Shown here one piece after another: positions 18,220 to 28,371 of a stretch of 64,000 nt of DNA. The notes beneath the pieces were generated by a model, which made no database searches, had not been told where the DNA came from, and worked only from the letters and a program-made list of their open reading frames with translations. How positions within the stretch are numbered: position 1 is the first letter of the stretch; the number at the start of each line of letters is the position of its first letter. Both the position numbers and the translations under genes were made by a program. This DNA comes from Kiloniellaceae bacterium (lineage in GTDB: Bacteria > Pseudomonadota > Alphaproteobacteria > Kiloniellales > J153), in the NCBI GenBank assembly GCA_046758005.1, contig JBHHZJ010000004.1:2766-66765 (forward strand), given 5' to 3'.

Positions 18220-18271
18220 CCCGGGCGCCGGCCCGATTGACCGGGGCCGGGCCGGCCGGCACAGTGTCGCC

Positions 18272-18910
18272 ATGGCGGGCGGCAGGTTCATCACCTTCGA
18301 GGGCGGGGAGGGGGCCGGCAAGTCGACGCAGGTCGCGCTCCTGGCCGAGGCCCTGCGCCGCACCGGCCTGAGCGTGCACACGACCCGTGAGCCGGGCGGC
18401 AGCCCGGGCGGCGAGGAGATCCGCAAGCTGCTCGTGACCGGCGCGGTGGAGCGCTGGGACCCGCTGTGCGAGGCGCTGCTGCATTTTGCCGCGCGGCGCG
18501 ATCACCTCCAAAAGATTGTCCTGCCCCGCTTGGAGGCGGGAGACTGGGTGCTGTCGGACCGCTTCGCCGATTCGACCATGGCCTATCAGGGGTACGGCCA
18601 AGGGCTTGGCCGGCAGCCCGTCGAGGCGCTCTACCGCCTCGTCGTGGGCGACTTCGCCCCGGACCTGACCCTCATCCTGGACGTGCCGGTTGCGGTGGGC
18701 CTCAAACGGGCCACCGGGCGGCGCGACAACGAGGACCGGTACGAGCGGTTCGGCAGCGCCGTCCACGAGCGCCTGCGCGAGGCGTTCCGCGAAATCGCGC
18801 GGCGAGAGCCGGGCCGGTGCGCACTGATCGACGCCTCGGGCGACGTGGCATCGGTGCACGGCGCGGTCCGCGCCAGGGTCGCAGAACGCCTGGGCGTGAG
18901 CTTCGCGTGA
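18272..18910 (+). CDS. tmk: dTMP (thymidylate) kinase
   Basis: FITFEGGEGAGKST P-loop, TREPGG, and DRF/ADS motifs. Confidence 0.95.
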   Translation: MAGGRFITFEGGEGAGKSTQVALLAEALRRTGLSVHTTREPGGSPGGEEIRKLLVTGAVERWDPLCEALLHFAARRDHLQKIVLPRLEAGDWVLSDRFADSTMAYQGYGQGLGRQPVEALYRLVVGDFAPDLTLILDVPVAVGLKRATGRRDNEDRYERFGSAVHERLREAFREIARREPGRCALIDASGDVASVHGAVRARVAERLGVSFA

Positions 18911-20007
18911 CCGCCGAGACCCCGCCACGGCAGGAGTTCCCGCCGCCGCGCGCCAATCCCGACCTGCTCGGGCACGAAGCGGTGGAGCGGACCCTATTGC
19001 GCGCCTTGCGGTCGGGCCGCCTGCCGCACGCCTGGCTGATCACCGGGCCGCGCGGCATCGGCAAGGCGACGCTGGCCTACCGCTTCGCCCGCTTCGTGCT
19101 CTCGGGCGGGGCGGAAGGGCAAGGCGGAGCCCTGTTCGGCGCCGCGCCGGAGGGCCTGCGCGTCGACCCCGGCCACGAGGTGTTCCGGCGGGTCGCTTCG
19201 GGCGGCCACGCGGACCTGCGCACGCTGGAGCGCGGGGTCGACGAGCGGTCCGGCAAGGTGCGCACCGAGATCGTGGTCGGGGACGTGCGCGCGGTCGGCG
19301 CGTTCCTGCGCATGACATCGGGCGAGGGCGGCTGGCGCGTCGTCGTCGCCGATCCCATCGACGATTTGAACCGCAGCGCGGCGAACGCGCTGCTCAAGGT
19401 GCTGGAGGAGCCGCCCGCCCGCGGCCTGCTGCTGCTGGTCAGCCACGCGCCGGGCGGCCTGCTGCCAACCATTCGCTCGCGCTGCTCCCGTTTGCCCTTG
19501 AGCCCGTTGCCGGAAGCCGCCGTCGCCGGGCTGCTCGAGAGCTATGCGCCGGCGCTCGAGGCCGGGGACCGGCAGGCGCTCGCCCGCCTGGCCGAAGGCA
19601 GCATCGGCCGCGCGCTCGACCTGGCGGCCGGCGGTGGGCTGGAGCTTTACGGCGAGCTGGTCGAGGTTCTCTCCGGTCTGCCGCGGCTGGACGCGGTGCG
19701 CGTGCATGCGCTCGGCGACCGGCTGGCGCAGGGGGCGGACGGGTCGGCCTTCCGCACCGGCACGGAACTGCTCGTGTGGTGGCTGGCGCGCATGATCCGC
19801 GGCGGCGCCGAGGGCCGCCTGCCGCCCGAGGTGGTGCCGGGGGAGGGGCCCGTGATGCGGCGCCTGTTGGAGCGGCGCGCGCTTGCACAATGGCTCGGCC
19901 TATGGGAGAAGATCACGCGCCTGTTCGCCCGGGCCGAGGCGGTGAACCTGGACCGCAAGCAGGTCGTCATCACCGCTTTCCTCGAGTTCGAGGCGGTCGC
20001 GTCCTAG
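18907..20007 (+). CDS. holB: DNA polymerase III subunit delta prime
   Basis: HAWLITGPRGIGKATLA clamp-loader P-loop region and SRC motif (IRSRC). The GTG start overlaps the tmk stop (GTGA). The upstream part of track ORF 18466.. is rejected. Confidence 0.9.
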   Translation: MTAETPPRQEFPPPRANPDLLGHEAVERTLLRALRSGRLPHAWLITGPRGIGKATLAYRFARFVLSGGAEGQGGALFGAAPEGLRVDPGHEVFRRVASGGHADLRTLERGVDERSGKVRTEIVVGDVRAVGAFLRMTSGEGGWRVVVADPIDDLNRSAANALLKVLEEPPARGLLLLVSHAPGGLLPTIRSRCSRLPLSPLPEAAVAGLLESYAPALEAGDRQALARLAEGSIGRALDLAAGGGLELYGELVEVLSGLPRLDAVRVHALGDRLAQGADGSAFRTGTELLVWWLARMIRGGAEGRLPPEVVPGEGPVMRRLLERRALAQWLGLWEKITRLFARAEAVNLDRKQVVITAFLEFEAVAS

Positions 20008-20060
20008 CGGCCGGCGGCGCGACGGAGCGGCAGCACCTGGCACGGCACGAGGGAACCCCG

Positions 20061-21617
20061 ATGGCCGGGATCAAGGCCGCGTACTACATCACGACGCCGA
20101 TCTATTACGTCAACGATCTGCCGCACATCGGGCACGCGTACACGACGCTCGCCTGCGATGCGCTGGCCCGTTTCATGCGCCTGGACGGATACGACGTGAA
20201 GTTCCTGACCGGCACGGACGAGCACGGCCAGAAGGTGGAGCAATCCGCCCAGGCCGCCGGCATGGACCCGCAGGCCTTCACCGACAAGGTCTCGCAGAAC
20301 TTCCGCGAGCTCTCCTCGACCCTCGCGTTCTCCAACGACGACTTCATCCGCACGACCGAGGCGCGCCACGTACGGGCGTGCCAGGCGCTCTGGAACCGCC
20401 TGATGGAGGCGGGCGAGATCTACCTCGGCAGCTACGCCGGCTGGTACGCGGTGCGCGACGAGGCGTTTTACACCGAGGCCGAGCTGAGCGAGTTGCCCGA
20501 CGGCCGCAAGACGGCCCCCTCCGGCGCCGAGGTCGAATGGGTCGAGGAACCCTCGTACTTCTTCCGCCTGTCCGCCTGGCAGGACCGCCTGCTCGCCTTC
20601 TACGAGGCCAACCCGGACTTCATCGGCCCGGAAAGCCGGCGCAACGAGGTGATCAGCTTCGTCAAGGGCGGCCTAAAGGACCTCTCGGTGAGCCGTACCA
20701 CTTTCAAGTGGGGCGTGCCGGTGCCGAACGACCCGAAGCACATCATGTATGTCTGGCTCGACGCGCTGACCAATTATATCACGGCGGTCGAGTACCCGGA
20801 CACGGACAGCACGCCGTTCCGCACGTACTGGCCGGCCGACGTGCACATGGTGGGCAAAGATATCCTGCGCTTCCATGCGGTCTACTGGCCTGCGTTCCTG
20901 ATGGGGGCGGGGATCGCCCCGCCGAAGCGGGTTTTCGCCCACGGCTGGTGGACCAACGAGGGGCAGAAGATTTCCAAGTCGCTCGGCAACGTCATCGACC
21001 CGCACCACCTGGTGGCGAGGTACGGGTTGGACCAGGTGCGCTACTTCCTTCTGCGCGAGGTTCCGTTCGGCAACGACGGCGATTTCTCGCACCGGGCCAT
21101 GGTCGGGCGCATGAACAACGACCTGGCCAACGACTTCGGCAACCTCGCGCAGCGCGTCCTGTCCATGATCGCCAAGAACTGCGGCGGCACGCTGCCGGCG
21201 CCGGGTCCATTCCGGGCCGCGGACGAGGCGCTGCTCGGGGCGGCGCGCGGGCTCGTCGAGCGTCTGCGCGCGGAGTATCGCGTGCAAGCCTTCCACCGGG
21301 CGCTCGAGGGGACCTGGGAGGTCGTCGGGGCCGCGAACCGGTACGTGGACGAGCAGGCGCCCTGGGCCCTGCGCAAGAGCGATCCGGCGCGCATGGGCAC
21401 CGTGCTCTATGTGGTGGCCGAGACGCTGCGCCATCTGGCCATCCTGACCCGGCCGGTCATGCCCGAGGCCACGGCGCGCATGCTGGATCAGCTCGGCGTG
21501 CCGGAGGCGCGGCGCGACTTCGCCGCCCTGGCCGAGCCGCTGGCGCCGGGCACGCGGCTGCCCAGGCCGGAAGGCGTGTTCCCGCGCTATGTCGAGGCCG
21601 AGGAAGCGGCATCTTAG
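20061..21617 (+). CDS. metG: Methionine--tRNA ligase (short form)
   Basis: HIGH-type motif (PHIGHAYT) and KMSKS-type motif (KISKSLGN). 518 aa. Confidence 0.95.
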   Translation: MAGIKAAYYITTPIYYVNDLPHIGHAYTTLACDALARFMRLDGYDVKFLTGTDEHGQKVEQSAQAAGMDPQAFTDKVSQNFRELSSTLAFSNDDFIRTTEARHVRACQALWNRLMEAGEIYLGSYAGWYAVRDEAFYTEAELSELPDGRKTAPSGAEVEWVEEPSYFFRLSAWQDRLLAFYEANPDFIGPESRRNEVISFVKGGLKDLSVSRTTFKWGVPVPNDPKHIMYVWLDALTNYITAVEYPDTDSTPFRTYWPADVHMVGKDILRFHAVYWPAFLMGAGIAPPKRVFAHGWWTNEGQKISKSLGNVIDPHHLVARYGLDQVRYFLLREVPFGNDGDFSHRAMVGRMNNDLANDFGNLAQRVLSMIAKNCGGTLPAPGPFRAADEALLGAARGLVERLRAEYRVQAFHRALEGTWEVVGAANRYVDEQAPWALRKSDPARMGTVLYVVAETLRHLAILTRPVMPEATARMLDQLGVPEARRDFAALAEPLAPGTRLPRPEGVFPRYVEAEEAAS

Positions 21618-21636
21618 GCGATTCCATCGCGTTCGG

Positions 21637-22443
21637 ATGTCCATGCTGGTCGATTCGCACTGCCACCTCGACTACCTGGCGCGCGACGGCGACCTCGACG
21701 AGGTCGTCGCCCGCGCCCGTCAGGCCGGGGTCGGCGCCATGGTCACGATCTGCACCCGGCTGTCGGAGTTCGAGAGCGTGCGCGCCATCGCCGCGCGTTA
21801 CGACGGCGTGTGGTGCTCGCTCGGCGTCCATCCGCACGAGGCGGAGGCGGAGGGCCTGGAGGCCGCCGACCGCCTGGTCGCACTGGCGGGCCATGACGAG
21901 GTGGTCGGAATCGGCGAGACGGGGCTGGATTACTACTACGAGAATTCCCCGCGCGAGGCGCAGAAGCGGAGCTTCCGCGCCCACATCGAGGCGGCGCGGC
22001 AAACGGGGCTGCCGCTCGTGGTCCACGCGCGCGAGGCCGACGACGACGTCGTGGCCATGCTGCGCGCGGCCTACGCCGAGGGCCCCTTCACCGGCGTGAT
22101 CCATTGCTTCACCGCGGGGCCCGAACTGGCGGGCGCGGCGCTCGAGATGGGGCTGTACATCTCCGTGGCCGGCATCGTGACCTTTAAGAAGGCGGACGCC
22201 CTGCGCGCCGTGGTGCGCGAGGTGCCGCTCGACCGCCTGCTGGTCGAGACCGATTCGCCTTACCTGGCCCCGGTGCCCATGCGGGGCCGGCGCAACGAGC
22301 CCGCCTTCGTCGAGCACGTTGCGGCCGCCGTGGCCGAGCTCAAGGGGATCGGCGCCGAAGACCTCGCCCGCGCGACCACCGACAACGCCTTTCGCCTGTT
22401 CTCGAAAGCCAAGCGGCCGGAGGCCGCGGCCGCGCCCGCATGA
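21637..22443 (+). CDS. TatD family metal-dependent hydrolase
   Basis: VDSHCHLD, GETGLDYYY and ETDSPYLAP motifs. An alternative ATG lies at 21643. Confidence 0.9.
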   Translation: MSMLVDSHCHLDYLARDGDLDEVVARARQAGVGAMVTICTRLSEFESVRAIAARYDGVWCSLGVHPHEAEAEGLEAADRLVALAGHDEVVGIGETGLDYYYENSPREAQKRSFRAHIEAARQTGLPLVVHAREADDDVVAMLRAAYAEGPFTGVIHCFTAGPELAGAALEMGLYISVAGIVTFKKADALRAVVREVPLDRLLVETDSPYLAPVPMRGRRNEPAFVEHVAAAVAELKGIGAEDLARATTDNAFRLFSKAKRPEAAAAPA

Positions 22444-22459
22444 GCGCGCGAGGCGCGGC

Positions 22460-23242
22460 GTGAAGGTCACGGTGCTGGGTTGCGGCGGCTCCGGCGGCGT
22501 CCCGTACGTCGACGGCACGCCCGGCGGCAACTGGGGCAGATGCGACCCGGGCAACCCGAGGAATCGGCGCCGGCGGGTGTCCATCCTGGTGGAGCAGGGC
22601 GGCACGGTCCTGCTCGTCGATACCTCGCCGGATCTGCGCGCCCAACTCCTGGATGCCGGGGTAAGCCGCCTCGACGCGGTCCTCTTCACGCACGCGCACG
22701 CCGACCACGCGCACGGCCTGGACGAGCTGCGCGGCCTGGTCTACGCCCGGCGCGCGCCGCTCGAGGCCTACATGGACGAGGCAACCCACGCGGAACTGAC
22801 GGCACGCTTCGCCTACGCCTTCGCCTCGAGCCGCGATCCGCGGAACCCGTACCGGCCGCTGTTCACGGATCACGTGATAAACGGCCCGTTTCGTGTTGGC
22901 GCGCTTGACATTATTCCTTTCACGCAAGGTCACGGATTGGAGACGACGCTGGGCCTGCGCTTCGGCCCGGTCGCGTACTCGACCGACGTGTCCGCGCTCG
23001 ACGAGGCCGCCTTCGCGGCGCTCGAGGGCCTCGAGGTCTGGATCGTGGACTGCCTGCGCGATGCGCCGCACCCGACGCACTCCCATCTGGCGCAGACCTT
23101 GGCGTGGATCGCGCGCGTGCGCCCCGAGCGCGCCGTGCTGACGCACATGAACCATCAGATCGACTACGAGGATCTGCGCTCGCGCTGTCCGCCGGGCGTC
23201 GAGCCGGCCTACGACGGCATGGTCATCGAGGTCGCGGGCTGA
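22460..23242 (+). CDS. MBL-fold metallo-hydrolase
   Basis: GTG start (VKVTVLGCGGSGG), HxHxDH motif (THAHADHAHG). Conserved position after tatD in alphaproteobacteria. Confidence 0.85.
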   Translation: MKVTVLGCGGSGGVPYVDGTPGGNWGRCDPGNPRNRRRRVSILVEQGGTVLLVDTSPDLRAQLLDAGVSRLDAVLFTHAHADHAHGLDELRGLVYARRAPLEAYMDEATHAELTARFAYAFASSRDPRNPYRPLFTDHVINGPFRVGALDIIPFTQGHGLETTLGLRFGPVAYSTDVSALDEAAFAALEGLEVWIVDCLRDAPHPTHSHLAQTLAWIARVRPERAVLTHMNHQIDYEDLRSRCPPGVEPAYDGMVIEVAG

Positions 23243-23581
23243 TTTCGCAAGCGCTGCAAGAAGTGGCCGACGTTCTTGTCCGGACAATCCCGGTCAGGCG
23301 GACGGCGCCATGGGTCCCAACGTTCCTGCCGTTCGAAGCCTGGTTCCCATGGCCGGAATTTTCCATAATATACATTATGCGCGTTCTCGATCCACGAGAG
23401 TGGGCGATCCGGGTCCTGCCGTTGCGTTCCCTTTCCGGCAGAAGGATTTTTCGCGGGCGGTGGATCCCCACCACAAGGACACAAGGACGCGAAGGACTTC
23501 AATACGTTCCTGGTTGCTTCGCGTCTTCGCGGCGAATACCCAGGCGCGGGGATCCGGGCATGAATCGCTGGAATCGGATCA

Positions 23582-25804
23582 CTAAGTCTTGACGCCCAGC
23601 TCCTCCAGGCGTTTGGCGGCCCATTCGTGGCCGCGCGCGGCGGAGCGGCGGAACCAGCGGATCGCCTCGTCCATGTTCTTCTCGACGCCCCAGCCGTTCT
23701 CGTACATCTGGCCCATGTTGTATTCGGCGTAGCTGTCGTACTTGGCCGCGGCCTTGGCGAACCAATCGAGCGCCTCGGTGTAGCTTTGCGGCACGCCCCA
23801 TCCCTGCCGGTACATGTAGCCGAGGTCGTTCATGGCGTTGACGTAGCCCTGTTCGGCGGCGCTGCGGTACCACCGGACGGCTTGGCCGTGGTCGGCCTCG
23901 ATCCCCTCGCCCTTCTCGTACATCCAGCCGACCCGGTTCTGCGCGCCCGGGTGGCCCATCTCGGCCGCCTTGAGGTAGGAGCGGAACGCGAGCGTGAGGT
24001 TCTTGCGCACACCCTGGCCGTGGTAATGGCGGTCGCCCTTCTTGAACAGCTCGTCCGCGCTGCCGCCGCCGCCCGCGATCCAGGAAAAGAACGCGTTCGA
24101 CTTCCTATGGCGGGTATCCCGTCCCGCGCCGATCGCAGAGTGCTGGGAGCCGGTAAGGCCGGGCGGGCCGTCGCGCACCGGCTCGGCCTTGGCGCCGGGC
24201 GCGATCGCGGTCTCCGCAGTCAGCACGAGTTCGGGCTTTGCGGGCGTGTCCGGGCGTTCCTTCCCGTCTCTTCTGCGCACCGCCCCGGACGTTGTCTCGG
24301 CCGGGCCCTGGGTGACGGGTTGGGTCTGGTCGGGCTCGGTGTTCGCGCCGGGTTCGCACGGTGGGGCCGTCTCCGCAGTGGGGGCGCCTTCCGCGCTCGC
24401 GGTAGGATCCGGCAAAGCGGTCGTCTCGTCCGAAAGATCGGCCGGGTCCCCTTCATCGGTCGCCACCGATTGGGCCGTGACCGGCCGCAGGACGGACGAT
24501 TGCCCGGTGACGGGATGCGGTTTGGCCGACCGATCGGGTTTGCCCTGACCGTCCGAGGCCTTGCGGTCCTTGCTCCGGGCGCGGAACGGAAAGATCGGCG
24601 CCGAGGCCTTCACCGGTGGCTCTTCCGGCGCGCCGGCCTTGGGATTCTCGGCCGCCGGCGCGTCCGGCCGGGCCGCCTCCGGGCCGTCCGGCGCGGCGAC
24701 GTCGCTCCCAGGCGCGGCCACCGAGGCCTCGGTTGCTTCGCCGGACCGGTCGCCGCCGCGAGGCGTGGCGTCGGAAGCTTCGGCGTACAGGCTGACGATC
24801 AAACGCTTGGACGCCGAGGTCGCGCCTTCGGCCTCCTCGGCGTCGATGCCGGCCGCGACCACGGAGACGCGCATGCGGCCCTCGAGGCTCTGGTCGAAGA
24901 TCGAGCCGAAGATGATGTTGGCCTCCGGGTCGATCTCGTCGCGGATGCGGTTGGCCGCCTGGTCGATCTCGAACAGGGTCAGGTCCATGCCGCCGGTGAT
25001 GTTGATCAGCACGCCGCGCGCACCCTTCATCGAGACCTCGTCGAGCAGCGGGTTGGAGATCGCGGCCTCGGCGGCGGCCAGCGCCCGGTTCTCGCCCTCG
25101 GCCTCGCCGGTGCCCATGATCGCCTTGCCCATCTCGGTCATGACCGAGCGCACGTCGGCGAAGTCCAGGTTGATCAGCCCGGGCGTGACCATGAGGTCGG
25201 TGACCCCGCGCACGCCCGCATGAAGCACCTCGTCGGCCATCTTGAAGGCGTCCGCGAAGGTCGTCTTCTCGTCGGCGACCCGGAACAGGTTCTGGTTCGG
25301 GATCACGATCAGGGTGTCGACGTACTGGGTCATCTCCGCGATGCCCACTTCCGCGACGCCCATGCGCCGCGCGCCTTCGAAGTGGAACGGCTTGGTGACC
25401 ACGCCGACGGTGAGGATCCCGGTCTCGCGCAGGGCCCGGGCGATGACGGGGGCGCAACCGGTGCCGGTGCCGCCGCCCATGCCGGCGGTGATGAACACCA
25501 TGTTGGCGCCGTCGAGCTCGGCCAGGATCTCTTCCAGAGCCTCCTCGGCGGCGCTCCGCCCCACGTCGGGCCGCGAGCCGGCGCCCAGGCCCTGGGTGAT
25601 GTTGCGGCCCATCTGGATGCGCCGCTCGCACAGCGATTGGCCGAGCGCCTGGGCGTCGGTGTTCGCGACCAGGAATTCCACCCCGCCGAGCTTGGCCTGG
25701 ATCATGTTGTTGACGGCGTTGCCGCCCGCGCCGCCGACGCCGACGACGACGATCCGCGGCCCTGCCCCCGCCTCCTTGGGTGGATGTTCGGGCGTGTCTT
25801 TCAT
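23582..25804 (-). CDS. FtsZ-family GTPase fused through a long disordered linker to four C-terminal Sel1 repeats
   Basis: aa 1-320 form a complete FtsZ core: [28 protein letters not shown]7 loop. aa 321-582 are a P/A/E/G/T-rich linker. aa 583-740 are four 36-aa Sel1-type repeats (..[28 protein letters not shown].., ..[25 protein letters not shown].., ..[28 protein letters not shown]..). There is no terminal D-I-P-x-F-L-type peptide and no dcw neighbours. Confidence 0.9.
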   Translation of the reverse strand: MKDTPEHPPKEAGAGPRIVVVGVGGAGGNAVNNMIQAKLGGVEFLVANTDAQALGQSLCERRIQMGRNITQGLGAGSRPDVGRSAAEEALEEILAELDGANMVFITAGMGGGTGTGCAPVIARALRETGILTVGVVTKPFHFEGARRMGVAEVGIAEMTQYVDTLIVIPNQNLFRVADEKTTFADAFKMADEVLHAGVRGVTDLMVTPGLINLDFADVRSVMTEMGKAIMGTGEAEGENRALAAAEAAISNPLLDEVSMKGARGVLINITGGMDLTLFEIDQAANRIRDEIDPEANIIFGSIFDQSLEGRMRVSVVAAGIDAEEAEGATSASKRLIVSLYAEASDATPRGGDRSGEATEASVAAPGSDVAAPDGPEAARPDAPAAENPKAGAPEEPPVKASAPIFPFRARSKDRKASDGQGKPDRSAKPHPVTGQSSVLRPVTAQSVATDEGDPADLSDETTALPDPTASAEGAPTAETAPPCEPGANTEPDQTQPVTQGPAETTSGAVRRRDGKERPDTPAKPELVLTAETAIAPGAKAEPVRDGPPGLTGSQHSAIGAGRDTRHRKSNAFFSWIAGGGGSADELFKKGDRHYHGQGVRKNLTLAFRSYLKAAEMGHPGAQNRVGWMYEKGEGIEADHGQAVRWYRSAAEQGYVNAMNDLGYMYRQGWGVPQSYTEALDWFAKAAAKYDSYAEYNMGQMYENGWGVEKNMDEAIRWFRRSAARGHEWAAKRLEELGVKT

Positions 25805-26096
25805 AGACCCGGTCTCCAGATCTCCCTGGACGGCGATCGGTCACCGCGCGCGGGAAACACCCGGCGTACACGCGGCTCGCGGTCACGGGCCCGCACTGCG
25901 GCGGAAGGCACCATCACCGTGTACTCCGCAGGTTCAAACGGCCGGTTACCGCGAAGCCTAAAGTGGATAATTGTGGCGCGCAACTCATTACCGGTAAAGA
26001 CCAGGAAACATGATTGCGACAGCGCCCAGCGGCCACCGACGGAGGCGGGGGCGGTCTTTGCCCCCTTCCCCTTCCTTCTGTATGCTCAGGCCCGCC

Positions 26097-26912
26097 ATGC
26101 GCGAGCGCCCCGACGGCAATCCGGTAGCCCGGCTTCTTCAGATCATGGCGCGCCTGCGCGACCCCGGGAACGGTTGTCCCTGGGACGTGCGGCAGACCTT
26201 CAAGACCATCGCCCCCTACACCATCGAAGAGGCCTACGAGGTGGCCGACGCCATCGAGCGCGGCGACATGGACGCGCTCAAGGAGGAACTGGGCGACCTC
26301 CTGCTCCAGGTTGTGTTCCACGCCCGCATGGCCGAGGAGGCCGGCGGCTTCGACTTCGCCGCGGTGGCCGCGGCGATCGGCGACAAGATGGTCCGCCGCC
26401 ACCCGCACGTCTTCGGCGGCGAGGAGATCGCCTCCGCCGAGGCGCAGACCCGCGCGTGGGAGGAGCACAAGGCCGCCGAACGCCGCACCAAGGCGGCGGC
26501 ACATGGGCGCCGGCCGAGCGTGCTCGACGGCGTGGCCGCCGGGCTGCCGGCGCTGACGCGCGCGACGAAGCTGCAGCGCCGGGCCGCCCGGGTCGGCTTC
26601 GACTGGCCGGAGGCCGCGCAGATCCTGGACAAGATCGCCGAGGAGGTCGGTGAGCTGCGCGAGGAGGTCGAGGCCGGCGCGGGCCTCGACCGGGTCGAGG
26701 ACGAGTTGGGCGACCTCCTGTTCGCCGCGGTCAACCTGGCGCGCCGCCTCGAGGTCGATCCCGAAGGGGCGCTGCGCCATACCAACGCCAAGTTCGAACG
26801 CCGGTTCCGGCGCATCGAAGATCGCTTCGCCGCCGAAGGCCGAAGCCTGTCGGACATATCGCTCGACGAGATGGAGGCGGCCTGGCAGGCGGCGAAATCC
26901 GCCGAGCGGTGA
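26097..26912 (+). CDS. mazG: Nucleoside triphosphate pyrophosphohydrolase MazG
   Basis: CPWDVRQTFKTIAPYTIEEAYEVADAI plus a second MazG repeat with EEVGELxEE. An alternative ATG lies at 26082. Confidence 0.9.
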   Translation: MRERPDGNPVARLLQIMARLRDPGNGCPWDVRQTFKTIAPYTIEEAYEVADAIERGDMDALKEELGDLLLQVVFHARMAEEAGGFDFAAVAAAIGDKMVRRHPHVFGGEEIASAEAQTRAWEEHKAAERRTKAAAHGRRPSVLDGVAAGLPALTRATKLQRRAARVGFDWPEAAQILDKIAEEVGELREEVEAGAGLDRVEDELGDLLFAAVNLARRLEVDPEGALRHTNAKFERRFRRIEDRFAAEGRSLSDISLDEMEAAWQAAKSAER

Positions 26913-27054
26913 ACACGCCCGCGCGTCATACCGGCGAGCGGATGACGCCCTCCACTCGCTCGTATTCCGTCCCATGTCTGCGCGCCGCCGCCCAGCGCCA
27001 ACCCGGCGCGCCGATGCCGACGAGCGCCCGAGCTACCTCGTGCGCTCGTCGGGA

Positions 27055-28371
27055 TCAGCCCAGCGCGAGCTGGAGCAGGCCCATCACCCGCTCCCCGGTC
27101 CACAGCGCCGCTATGCCGATCGCGGCCAGCGAGACGGCGTTGCGGCCGAAGCCGGCGGCCCGCTCGGAGCTGCGCGTCACCAGGGCCAGCACGAGCCAGA
27201 CGACGGCGACGATGGCGAGCTGGCCGACCTCGACCCCGACGTTGAAGGACACCAGGCTCACCCAGAGGTTCGACGAGTCGATCCGCAGCACCTCGCGCAG
27301 GACGAAGGAGAAGCCGAACCCGTGCAGCAGCCCGATCAGCGCCGTGATCACGAAGGTCGCCCCCTGCTGACGCCGCAGCAGGGCGACCACGCCGGCGTAG
27401 ATGATCGACAAGGCGATCGCGGTCTCCACGGCCGGGATGAACCACGCGCCTTGAGGGGCGAAACCTAGGAACCCGCCGATCAGGGTCACCGTGTGGCCCA
27501 GGGTGAACCCCGTCACGCGCCAGACCAGGTTGCGCAACGCCGCGGCGCCGACGGTCAGGCACAGCACGAAGAGCACGTGGTCGTAGCCCTCCAGGATGTG
27601 CCGGATGCCTTCCTGGACGAAGGTGAGCGCCGCGTCGAGCGGCGAGTGCGAAACCCGGATCGGCTCCTGCAGCAGGCCGCGTGCCCGGAACACCTGGGTG
27701 TCGCCGCCCCGGTGGTCGAGCAGGAGGTTGGCGAGCTCCTCCTGACCCTCGATGCCGGGCTTGAGCGTGCTGCCGAAGGCGTAGTCTGTGACCGGCCCCT
27801 CGGCGGGATAGAACAGCGCCACGTCGACCACCGTGTCGCCGACGTAGGTCACCACGTCGTCCTCGTCATACGGCGGACCGCGAAGCGCGGCGCGCACCTG
27901 CTCGAGGTTGGAGAACAACGGCTGCATCAGCGACGAGTGGGCGCGCACCGCCTCGATCCTGGGCTCGACCGCCTCGCCGTCGATCAGCAGGTAATGCCCC
28001 TCCGCCACGATCCGGCCGAGGCCGACGGGATCGGTCCGCAAGGACTCGACGTCGAGGTAGTGCGCGAGCCGGCCGTCCTCGATGACGTTGTATGTGTATG
28101 GGGCGGGCACGCGCGTGCCGTCGGCGAGCTCCGGGCCGAGCTTGTCTGCGACGAGCATCGGCATGGGCACGCGCAGGAAAAGGCGCAGCCCGTCCGGCAG
28201 GTGCTCCACGTGCGCGACCCGGATGTTGATATTGAGCAGGAAATGGGCCTGGGCCCCGAGCGCCCAAAGGCACACCATCGCCAGCCCGGCGATCGAGGCC
28301 AGCCGGTGCGACCGACCCGGCGAGGGTGGCCGCGCCGGACGCGACCAAGTCGGTTTCAAGGCGTCGATCAT
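27055..28371 (-). CDS. HupE/UreJ-family membrane protein with a roughly 240-aa extracytoplasmic N-terminal domain
   Basis: C-terminal block GYDHVLFVLCL...GFTLGHTVTL...LLHGFGFS...NVGVEVGQL, typical of the HupE_UreJ_2 family. Signal/anchor at the N-terminus. Confidence 0.8.
   Translation of the reverse strand: MIDALKPTWSRPARPPSPGRSHRLASIAGLAMVCLWALGAQAHFLLNINIRVAHVEHLPDGLRLFLRVPMPMLVADKLGPELADGTRVPAPYTYNVIEDGRLAHYLDVESLRTDPVGLGRIVAEGHYLLIDGEAVEPRIEAVRAHSSLMQPLFSNLEQVRAALRGPPYDEDDVVTYVGDTVVDVALFYPAEGPVTDYAFGSTLKPGIEGQEELANLLLDHRGGDTQVFRARGLLQEPIRVSHSPLDAALTFVQEGIRHILEGYDHVLFVLCLTVGAAALRNLVWRVTGFTLGHTVTLIGGFLGFAPQGAWFIPAVETAIALSIIYAGVVALLRRQQGATFVITALIGLLHGFGFSFVLREVLRIDSSNLWVSLVSFNVGVEVGQLAIVAVVWLVLALVTRSSERAAGFGRNAVSLAAIGIAALWTGERVMGLLQLALG

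Noticed and set aside
18466-18906. N-terminal extension of holB in the ORF track
   Set aside because: The extension overlaps tmk in another frame. The GTG at 18907 overlaps the tmk stop and gives a normal-length delta-prime subunit.
24453-25886. 477-aa minus-strand ORF overlapping the FtsZ core in another frame
   Set aside because: The alternative frame of the real FtsZ gene gives an Arg/Gly/Pro-dominated product with no motifs.
23627-26653. 1008-aa plus-strand ORF spanning the FtsZ-like gene and mazG
   Set aside because: It is antisense to a gene with unmistakable FtsZ motifs. Its translation is Arg/Gly/Ala/Pro-rich and low in complexity, as expected for an off-frame read in high-GC DNA.
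27018-27051. Bidirectional terminator between mazG and the HupE-like gene (CGACGAGCGC-N14-GCGCTCGTCG)
   Set aside because: The stem is real, but the loop is long and neither side has a U-tract, so this is too weak to call as a terminator.
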